Source: an uncultured bacterium (GTDB taxonomy: Bacteria > Armatimonadota > SYMT01). Taken from it: a DNA stretch of 64,000 nucleotides. Location: contig CAZSRZ010000006.1 of assembly GCA_964609085.1 (NCBI GenBank), forward strand, positions 12,668-76,667, read 5' to 3'. The notes beneath the pieces were generated by a model. The model searched no databases, was not told the DNA's origin, and worked only from the letters and a program-made list of their open reading frames with translations. Positions 56,916 through 64,000 of this stretch are shown piece after piece (position 1 is the first letter of the stretch; each line of letters opens with the position of its first letter). The position numbers and the translations under genes were made by a program.

Positions 56916-57536
56916 TTACCCCGGCTGGCCCCCGCGTCCGACGAGCCGGACGGCCTGCTCATATTTGCTGAGAGCCACGGGCTCCATCTCCGCCATACTG
57001 CGCAGCTCCGCGACAGCTCGGTCGAGTAACTCCTCTGCCCCGCGGATGAGTTCGAGTTCAAGTTCGCCCCCGGTGGCGGTCCCGGCAGGCCCGGAGAAGG
57101 TCACCTGATCCAGAGCGAGTTCCAGCTCCCCCTCCTCACCTGCAAAGTGGAGCAACCTCCTCCGGTTGTGAATCTGCAGCGCCTGTTCCAGCAGGCGGGG
57201 TTCGAAGGCGAGCGCGAGGGTTCTTTCCGCGGCAATCTTGATCAGCCACGCTCGGGGATCCGACCCATCCGCCGGTTCCTCGATCTCCACCCGGCGGGAG
57301 ACGCCGGCCGAGACGCCCCCCAGCTTGAGGGTGAAGAGGCTGCGCGCCCGTAGGGTGCGCACCCGGACGGACCCACGCGACTCTGCCACCTCGCTGTCGG
57401 GTGTGTCCCAGTAGACGTCCGTCTGATCCCGCTCCTCTGTCGCGACCAGTGGCAGGGTGCCGAGGCGGGTGAGGCCGGAGATCGGCTCCGCGTCCGCGGC
57501 ATTCGCCAGCCGAAACTTTGCTTCGGTTTCGATCAC
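56916..57536 (-). CDS. CYTH domain protein (triphosphate tunnel metalloenzyme)
   Basis: ETEAKF (ExExK), DVYWDT, VRVR, TLK, ELELE and SKY. Confidence 0.88.
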   Translation of the reverse strand: MIETEAKFRLANAADAEPISGLTRLGTLPLVATEERDQTDVYWDTPDSEVAESRGSVRVRTLRARSLFTLKLGGVSAGVSRRVEIEEPADGSDPRAWLIKIAAERTLALAFEPRLLEQALQIHNRRRLLHFAGEEGELELALDQVTFSGPAGTATGGELELELIRGAEELLDRAVAELRSMAEMEPVALSKYEQAVRLVGRGGQPG

Positions 57537-58846
57537 GGTGCCGCTCCAGATGCGCTGAGGGCAGCCGTATTGGCCGCCTGTCGGCCGCGGATGTCGAAGC
57601 AGTCGTACTGGTTGTCGCGCATCACCCGCCGGGCGATGGCGATCGCGTCCCCTTCACGCAGATCCCCGTCGGCGACCTCGGCAGCGAGGGCCCGCTCCAG
57701 CCGTCGGCGTGACTGTCGAGCATAGGCAAGGGCGCTCGTCGGCCAGCGGGTGTCCCCACCGAAAGCGAACAGCTTATTGATGGGGGCGGTGTGAATGAAG
57801 CTCCGGACAAACTGGGTCATCGTGTGTGGGTCCACCGACCACGCCCAGCAAAGATCCGCCCAGGCGTTGGGGTAGTGTTTTACGACCGCGATCAGTTCCG
57901 CGGAGTAGGGGTAGGCGGCATGCATCAGCACGAAGCGGCACTCGGGGTATCGCCGCAGGAGCGGCGTGAGGTGGCCCGCCCGAATGCGCTCGACCGGCAT
58001 CGTGCCGGTGCCGGCGTAGTAGCCCGTGTGGATCTTGAACGGCAGGTTGTGCTCAATGGCGTGCTCGACACCGCGGGCCCAGCACCAGTCACCCAGGCAC
58101 AGGCGGGAGGCTTCATCGCGGCCCGTTGGGTCGCGCAGGGCTGCGTCCAGCGCCCGGGCGGCATCGGCGTCCGAGCGCTCCTCCCATATCAGCGTGCGCT
58201 GGTAGGCGTGCTGCGCCTTCACGGCGATGGCGAGTGGGCCGTGACGGGCGAAGAGGGTATGCATCGCCAACCGCAGGCTCTCCAGAGAGTTGACGGACAC
58301 GCTCGTCTCAGCATGGATCGAGGCGGCGTCGATCTCGCCCCGGCAAAACGACGCCCAGGACAGGTCGTAGAGAAAGAAGGCCGGATCCGACGCGTCAGGA
58401 TCGCACATCCAGCGGAAGTCGTCGGTCTGGGTGTGGTCGAGCCCGGCAACTTCGCCCAGCAGGCGGCGCCGTTCGCCTGGCTGGCGCAGCCGCGCCAGGA
58501 TGGGGGAGGCGGCCACCGCGCTCTCCGCGCCGATCTCCTCGATCCCGTACACCTCTCTTGCCAGCAACTGCACCGCCTCGCCGTACCCCGTGTGACGGAT
58601 CGCCGACCAGGCGCGACTCACCCCTCGCCATCGGACCTCCTCCGCGCCCTCGCCTTCGACGAGGGCGCGAACGGCGGCGGGCGACGCTCCGGCCGAGATC
58701 AGATCCGCCGGCACGTAGTTGGTGAACAGATCCTGCAGCACGTCGCGCGGGCCGTCATGAACCCAGGCCTCTTCCCGCTGCAGGTGCTCATGGGTGTCAA
58801 CGAGACGCATTTCGGCTATGGCCAGGGAAAGATCGCTGGTGCTCAT
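57533..58846 (-). CDS. Amidohydrolase family protein (Amidohydro_2/uronate isomerase-like)
   Basis: VDTHEH, KIHTG, VLMH, ADLCW and FGGD. Confidence 0.85.
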   Translation of the reverse strand: MSTSDLSLAIAEMRLVDTHEHLQREEAWVHDGPRDVLQDLFTNYVPADLISAGASPAAVRALVEGEGAEEVRWRGVSRAWSAIRHTGYGEAVQLLAREVYGIEEIGAESAVAASPILARLRQPGERRRLLGEVAGLDHTQTDDFRWMCDPDASDPAFFLYDLSWASFCRGEIDAASIHAETSVSVNSLESLRLAMHTLFARHGPLAIAVKAQHAYQRTLIWEERSDADAARALDAALRDPTGRDEASRLCLGDWCWARGVEHAIEHNLPFKIHTGYYAGTGTMPVERIRAGHLTPLLRRYPECRFVLMHAAYPYSAELIAVVKHYPNAWADLCWAWSVDPHTMTQFVRSFIHTAPINKLFAFGGDTRWPTSALAYARQSRRRLERALAAEVADGDLREGDAIAIARRVMRDNQYDCFDIRGRQAANTAALSASGAAP

Positions 58847-58997
58847 CTGCCCTCCGTACCGGTGCAGCCGTGTTCCGCGAGTGGAGCATCGGCGCTGCTG
58901 CTCCCAAGTCCGGCCTGTCCACGGCCAATCCCTTCGCCAAGATCCTGCCGAGGCGGGAGGACGGCGCTAAAACAGCGTGAGACCCTGGGAGGCGCCG

Positions 58998-60755
58998 GTG
59001 TTTGGTAACGGAATGAAGTGGCTGGTATGGGGGTGGGCGGTTGCTGTCTCGGCTGCAGCGGCGCACGCGGCGCTGGCGCCTGGGCACCAGGAGCTGGAGC
59101 ACCGGCTAGCCGAAGTGGCGGCCATCCCCGGAGAGCCGGGCCGGCTGGACACCGTCGGGATCACCCGGGGCGATGTCCCGATCCGGAGTCTCGAAGCCGC
59201 ATCGGAAGTTGGGCCGGGGCAGCGCCGACTGATCGTGCTGGCGGGTCTGGATGGGGATGACCGCGGCGTCGATGCCGCGCTTGCCGCACTCCGCTGGTTC
59301 AAAATGCAGGCTCCTGCCGAGCTCCGGCGGACGTGGTCGATCACCGCCATCCCGTGCGGCAATCCCGAGGGCTGGGTGCGCCTCAAGCCTACCAACGACT
59401 ACTTCGGGAAGCCGACCGTCAACTACCCTCCCGCGGACGGCTACTACAACGATGTTCGGTCTGTCGAGAATCGCTATCTCTGGCGGTGGATCACGTTCCA
59501 GGGTCCGGATCTCGTCCTCGACTTCCGCGGCGGCAACCGCACCGCCTGGACGGCCCCCGCGACGGCATCGGCGTTGCTTCCGACCCTGGTTGCCCGGCCG
59601 CTCCTCGCCGTCGACTCCCTGGCGATGGCGCTTGGAAAGCCAGGGCCCGCCGGATTCGGGACGGTGCCAGCGGTTGTCGTCGAGACGCGCGCGGCGGAGG
59701 GACCACGTGCCCTCGAGCAATGCCTGGTAGCGGCCCGCGGGCTGCCGAGATCGCCGCTCCGGCTGGCGTTGGAGTCGCGCCTCGCTCGCAAGCCAATGGA
59801 CGTCGCGGTGGTGTTGGCGAAGCGCTACCCCCAAAAGCCGGCGATCACCTACATCTCCGCCACGGCGCTGCGGGGAGCGCTCCGTCTCGGTCAGCTCACT
59901 CGCGATCCGTCGTGGCGAGAGCGGGTGGTGAAGTCCCTGGACCCATGGTTGTCCGGCGCGCAGGAATCGCTGGACGATAAGCCGGATGGAGTGAAGCTGG
60001 CCGGGCACGCGGCGTTCGCCGCACTGGCCCTGGACGACGTCGGCAGTGAGCGGGGGAGGGCGCTCGCGCTGACGGCAGCGGACCGGTTCAGGCCGGAAGC
60101 CGCCGCCGGCACGGCCCGGTTTTCCGGAAGTGCGGTGGAAGACATCTTTATGCTGGGCAGCCTCTTGCCGCTGACGGATCGGCTCGACCCAGCCCGGGAA
60201 GATCGTGTCCTGTTGCATCGGACGCTCTCCGAGTTGACCATCGCGCTGCAGACCGAGGACGGCCTGTTCCGTCACTCCCGCCAGACCGAAGTACGCTGGG
60301 GGCGGGGGAACGGCTTCGCGGCGCTGGGGATGGCGGAGGCCCTGGCGGGGCTGCCGGATGGAGCCGCCCGCACCTCGTTGCTTCGCAACTTCCGTCGGCA
60401 GATGGCCGCGTTGAAGCTGGCACAGGCCCCGGATGGCACCTGGCGCCAGATCATCGACAAACCGGAAAGCTACCGCGAGTACACGGCCACCGCCATGATC
60501 CTGGCGGCGATGGCCAGGGGCGTCCGGCTGAAGTGGCTGCCTGCGGACTACCGCGCGACGGTCAGCCGCGCCTGGAACGCCGTGTCCGCCCGCACCAACC
60601 TGAGCGGTGAGCTGATCGACGTGTGCGAGGGCACGGGACCCGGTCCGAGCGTCCGCTATTACCTCGACCGGCGTGCCCTCGAAGGCGGCGATGACCGAGG
60701 CGGAGCTATGGGCCTGACTGCGGCGCTCGAGATGGCCGAGTTGACGGCGGGCTGA
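58998..60755 (+). CDS. Secreted fusion of a degenerate M14 carboxypeptidase-like domain and a GH105/GH88-like glycoside hydrolase
   Basis: LAGLDGDD, IPCGNPEG, ENRYL..DLVLDFRG (M14-like); EDIFM, WGRGNGF, G.WRQII and EYTATAM (GH105-like). GGGAGG precedes GTG 58998. Confidence 0.75.
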   Translation: MFGNGMKWLVWGWAVAVSAAAAHAALAPGHQELEHRLAEVAAIPGEPGRLDTVGITRGDVPIRSLEAASEVGPGQRRLIVLAGLDGDDRGVDAALAALRWFKMQAPAELRRTWSITAIPCGNPEGWVRLKPTNDYFGKPTVNYPPADGYYNDVRSVENRYLWRWITFQGPDLVLDFRGGNRTAWTAPATASALLPTLVARPLLAVDSLAMALGKPGPAGFGTVPAVVVETRAAEGPRALEQCLVAARGLPRSPLRLALESRLARKPMDVAVVLAKRYPQKPAITYISATALRGALRLGQLTRDPSWRERVVKSLDPWLSGAQESLDDKPDGVKLAGHAAFAALALDDVGSERGRALALTAADRFRPEAAAGTARFSGSAVEDIFMLGSLLPLTDRLDPAREDRVLLHRTLSELTIALQTEDGLFRHSRQTEVRWGRGNGFAALGMAEALAGLPDGAARTSLLRNFRRQMAALKLAQAPDGTWRQIIDKPESYREYTATAMILAAMARGVRLKWLPADYRATVSRAWNAVSARTNLSGELIDVCEGTGPGPSVRYYLDRRALEGGDDRGGAMGLTAALEMAELTAG

Positions 60756-60761
60756 GCGGCG

Positions 60762-61520
60762 GTGCAGGTGATCCGCGAGTTGTGGGCCGGTTGGCGGCAC
60801 CCGGACCGGCGCCGGGAGTGCCCGATCTGCGGCACGGTCTCAGCCCTCTTCGGTCCGGTCGGCCAGTCGAACCCTCTGCTCACCGAGCTGCAGGTGGTCG
60901 GTGGCGGGCGCCGCCTGCATGTGGTCTGCCCGCGCTGCTGCTCCACGGACCGCGAGCGGCTGGTCTACCTCTACCTGCGCGATCAGGGTTGGTTCCAGCC
61001 CCGCCGCGAGCGAATCCTGCACGTCGGTCCGGAGAGATCGCTCGGGGCCGTCCTCACCAGGACGGCGGGGTTGAGGTATGTGTCGGCGGATCTGAAGTTG
61101 CGACGGGCACGGCTGCGGGCGGACCTCACCTCCCTGCCTTTCGCCGACCGCGCCTTCGGCCTGGTGATCTGTAACCACGTGCTCGAGCACATCCCCGACG
61201 AGGGAAAGGCGTTGGCCGAGATCCGCCGCGTCCTGGAACCGGGTGGCCAGGCGGTCCTCCAGGTGCCGATCAGCTCGGCTCTCACCCACACTCGCGAGGA
61301 CCCCTCGATCACCGATGCCGAAGGACGCCATCGCACGTTTGGCCAGGCGGACCATGTACGCCTCCACGCCCGCGACTATCCTGATCGTCTGGCAGCGGCT
61401 GGATTCTCCGTCACCGTTCTGGATCCCGAGGAAACCTGGGGCCGGGAAACGATGCGCCGCTACGGGCTCATTCGGGGTGAGCGCCTCCACACGGTCCGCA
61501 TCCCGCCCGGGCAGGACTGA
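60762..61520 (+). CDS. Class I SAM-dependent methyltransferase with N-terminal Cys pairs
   Basis: CPICG..CPRC, ILHVGPE, ADLTSLPF and CNHVLEH..LEPGG. Confidence 0.85.
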   Translation: MQVIRELWAGWRHPDRRRECPICGTVSALFGPVGQSNPLLTELQVVGGGRRLHVVCPRCCSTDRERLVYLYLRDQGWFQPRRERILHVGPERSLGAVLTRTAGLRYVSADLKLRRARLRADLTSLPFADRAFGLVICNHVLEHIPDEGKALAEIRRVLEPGGQAVLQVPISSALTHTREDPSITDAEGRHRTFGQADHVRLHARDYPDRLAAAGFSVTVLDPEETWGRETMRRYGLIRGERLHTVRIPPGQD

Positions 61521-61573
61521 GGAGCGCCCCGTCCCAATCTTTAAGCATTCGGACCGGGTTGGAGGAGTACGCC

Positions 61574-62062
61574 GTGAAGTGCCCTGCCTGCGAGGCGGAC
61601 CTGAGAGAGTTGTGCACGGGGCCGACAGTTGTCGACCTCTGCCATGCCTGTGGCGGTGCCTGGTTCGACCACAGAGAGTTGGAGCAGTTCGATCAGTCGC
61701 ACGAGCCGGCCGCCGGACTGACCGCCGTATCCCCGCAGCGCGCGGTGGACCCCGCCCCGCGTCGCGGATGCCCACGCTGCGCAGAGAGCGGCGAGCGCGT
61801 GGTGATGATGCGCCACTTCTACAGCACCCAGCGGGTGGTCGAGGTGGACCAATGCCCCGCCTGCGGCGGATTCTGGCTCGATCACGGGGAGTTGGAGAAA
61901 GTGCGGGCCGAATCGACGTCGGCCAAGTCGGGCGACGAGGGCGGGCGCAAGACTCCCATCCCGGAGGAGCTCCTCGTTGAGCACTGCCGCGCCGTCGCCG
62001 GCTCGGGCTTCTTCACGCGCCTCGCGCGTACGCTTTCCGCTTCCTGGCGCACCGGCGGCTGA
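61574..62062 (+). CDS. Protein with two zf-TFIIB zinc ribbons
   Basis: CPAC..DLCHACGGAWFDHREL and CPRC..DQCPACGGFWLDHGEL; GGAGGAG precedes the GTG start. Confidence 0.85.
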   Translation: MKCPACEADLRELCTGPTVVDLCHACGGAWFDHRELEQFDQSHEPAAGLTAVSPQRAVDPAPRRGCPRCAESGERVVMMRHFYSTQRVVEVDQCPACGGFWLDHGELEKVRAESTSAKSGDEGGRKTPIPEELLVEHCRAVAGSGFFTRLARTLSASWRTGG

Positions 62063-62073
62063 GCCGCCGGCAC

Positions 62074-62859
62074 TCACTCCAACTCCAGCCCGGGGAAGGC
62101 TTCGGCGACCGCCTGCCAGGTGGTGTAGCCCAGAAAGTGGGTCCATAGCTCTGCAGCGGATGCGGCGTCCAGATGCGGCCAGGAGCGGCGGGCGTACTGC
62201 AGATCACGGGCCATGGAGTGGGCTTCGACCGCACACGGGCTCTCGGCCTCCACGATCAGGAGCAGATAGTACTGGTCCGTCCGGCCGGGGAGCACGCGGA
62301 GACAGTCCAGGCTCCGGTAGAGCTGGATGCGGCGATCGTACCAGGGCAGCGGTGCCTTCAGGGACTTCTCGTCCTTCCGTGCCTCAATGAAGATAGTGGC
62401 CTGATCGGTGCGCAGAACGGCATCCGGCTTCGCCTGTCCCTCAAGCGCCCACCAGCTTCGAGGTTGGTTCACAATTCCTTCGGCGAGTTGCCGCGCATAG
62501 GCATCCACACCACGCAGGGCCTCGGCGAGCGCATGGGGATTGCCCTGCATAAACGCCCGCCGCGCATTCTGCGTCATGGGGCGGTAGACGCGCTGGACGC
62601 CGTCTGCATCCACCGGCCAGACCAGGCGATGCCGATGGTTGAGCAGGTAGGCCAGGAACTCCGGCGGGGCCGGGGAGCGGAAGTCCAGTGTCGGCGGTTC
62701 GATCAGGGTACCCGGCCATCCTTCGTCATCCGGCAGCTCCAGCTCGGCGGCGCGGCTGCCAAGTCGTAGGAAGGGGGCCAGCCAGGCGGTGCCGCTCTGG
62801 TCGAGGCGGGTCAGGTGTTCGAGGGCGGGTTGGGTACGTGATAGCGTGGTAGGGTTCAC
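62074..62859 (-). CDS. Hypothetical protein, possible PD-(D/E)XK nuclease-fold
   Basis: KPDAVL..TIFIEARKDE resembles the PD..ExK core. Confidence 0.45.
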   Translation of the reverse strand: MNPTTLSRTQPALEHLTRLDQSGTAWLAPFLRLGSRAAELELPDDEGWPGTLIEPPTLDFRSPAPPEFLAYLLNHRHRLVWPVDADGVQRVYRPMTQNARRAFMQGNPHALAEALRGVDAYARQLAEGIVNQPRSWWALEGQAKPDAVLRTDQATIFIEARKDEKSLKAPLPWYDRRIQLYRSLDCLRVLPGRTDQYYLLLIVEAESPCAVEAHSMARDLQYARRSWPHLDAASAAELWTHFLGYTTWQAVAEAFPGLELE

Positions 62860-62965
62860 AAGTCAGTCTCAGTCGTTCGCTCGTAAGCCTACCACGTCCG
62901 ACCTTCGGCGGAGGGAGGGCTTGACTACCCGGGGGGACAAGTGTGAGATGGGGCTTCCGCACAGC

Positions 62966-64000
62966 ATGAAACGGCTCCGTCTACTCTTCTCCCTGTTGTT
63001 GGCCGGGATGCTCCCGGCGGTGCTTTCGCCTGCTCCTGGGCACGCACAGGCGGTCGGGTGGGATGGGGTTGCCGGACGGCTTCAGCCGGAGTTTCAGCCA
63101 GGACATTGGGGGTCAATCTACGCAGCCGCTGGCCTGGCGAGCCTGACGCAAAAGCCGCCGGACCAATCCGAGGCCGCATGGCGAGCGGTGACAGGCGTGC
63201 GCCTGGCGCAGTGGGGCTTTCCGCGTTACGCGTTTCTCCAGGCTGGCACGCGGCTTGACCTGGATCCACAGGGGTTCGTGGCCAGTAATGATCGGCTGGT
63301 GGTGCTCGGTTTCAGAGGGACTGAGCCAACCAAACCGCAGGACCTGGTGACGGATGTGCGGATTGAGCAGCTTCCCGCCCCGGAGTTGGGTCTGCCGGGC
63401 GGGGCGAGGGTGCACGCGGGATTCTTGCGCGCGGCTCGGGCCGTGGCGTCCAGCATGCTCCGTGAGGTGGCGGCTCACTCCGTCGACCCAGACGGCCTGC
63501 GCAAACCGGTCTGGCTTGTCGGGCACAGCATGGGCGGGGCGATCTCAATCTTGAGCGCCTTGCGGCTAAGCCTCCTGACCGACGGATCCGGCCAGCCCCT
63601 CCTGCCCCGGTTGGCGCTCTTCACCTTCGGCATGCCGCGCGTCGGCAACCCTGCTTTCTGCGCTGCCTTCGCCCAACGTGTGCCGGCCAGCACCCGAGTG
63701 GTCTACGGCAAGGACTGGGTCCCCTGTGTCCCGCCCTCGATGATCCCGCTGACGCCGATTCGCTATCAACACGTTGCAAACGGCATCTACTTCGGACCCG
63801 ACAACCGGCTCCGATCTTCCCCTACGGATTGTCCGTTTACCCTGCATGCCGGGTTCTTCGATCGACTCACCCTACCCTCGCTCGGCGGGGTGATGGAGCG
63901 GGGGGTTGACTTTGGTGCGCTGGGTCGTCGCTTCACCAACGGAGTGGGAACGCTCGCCCGATCCGTGACGCGGGAACCGGACGAATTGGCGCACCATCAC
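62966..64000 (+). CDS. Secreted class 3 lipase (partial, runs off the right edge)
   Basis: Absent from the ORF track. Manual translation from ATG 62966 gives a signal peptide, VLGFRGT, VHAGF, GHSMGG, TFGMPRVG and DWVPCVP. Confidence 0.88.
   Translation, partial: MKRLRLLFSLLLAGMLPAVLSPAPGHAQAVGWDGVAGRLQPEFQPGHWGSIYAAAGLASLTQKPPDQSEAAWRAVTGVRLAQWGFPRYAFLQAGTRLDLDPQGFVASNDRLVVLGFRGTEPTKPQDLVTDVRIEQLPAPELGLPGGARVHAGFLRAARAVASSMLREVAAHSVDPDGLRKPVWLVGHSMGGAISILSALRLSLLTDGSGQPLLPRLALFTFGMPRVGNPAFCAAFAQRVPASTRVVYGKDWVPCVPPSMIPLTPIRYQHVANGIYFGPDNRLRSSPTDCPFTLHAGFFDRLTLPSLGGVMERGVDFGALGRRFTNGVGTLARSVTREPDELAHHH

Noticed and set aside
62966-64000. Lipase as a type VI secretion effector
   Set aside because: It has a Sec-type signal peptide and no vgrG/PAAR or immunity gene is visible; the gene is truncated by the window edge.

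Overview
A GC-rich bacterial chromosomal window, most consistent with Armatimonadota (inferred from a UBact-proteasome operon, two prepilin-type H-X9-DG proteins and a DUF1501 gene). In order it contains: (i) a dop-ubact-prcB-prcA-pafA operon with no adjacent ARC ATPase; (ii) a near-perfect 2,163-bp tandem duplication of two secreted-protein genes below a tandem-LuxR-HTH regulator; (iii) housekeeping and accessory genes (dipeptide epimerase, dacB, nadC, ppdK, carbonic anhydrase, DEAD-box helicase); (iv) a ~17-kb copper island with copA, three CsoR-type operators lying in or next to sigma70-like promoters, a Cys-rich RAPP-motif leader ORF resembling CruR/DUF2946 arrest peptides, two NosL-like domains, a His-repeat protein, an outer-membrane barrel, YHS proteins and an RND pump; (v) an apparently undescribed three-gene module made of a 31-aa precursor peptide (MEYDLVLEIEELEERTAP-AFIWLPPDEGVGP), an RRE/site-2-protease/HlyD fusion and a divergent membrane HD-GYP-GAF-degenerate-GGDEF protein, which I propose is a peptide signal coupled to c-di-GMP turnover; (vi) feoA-feoA-feoB with a DtxR/MntR-type box, ppk1, CYTH and several hydrolases. 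I found no rRNA, tRNA, CRISPR array or transposase. All family calls come from motif recognition by eye; no database searches were run.
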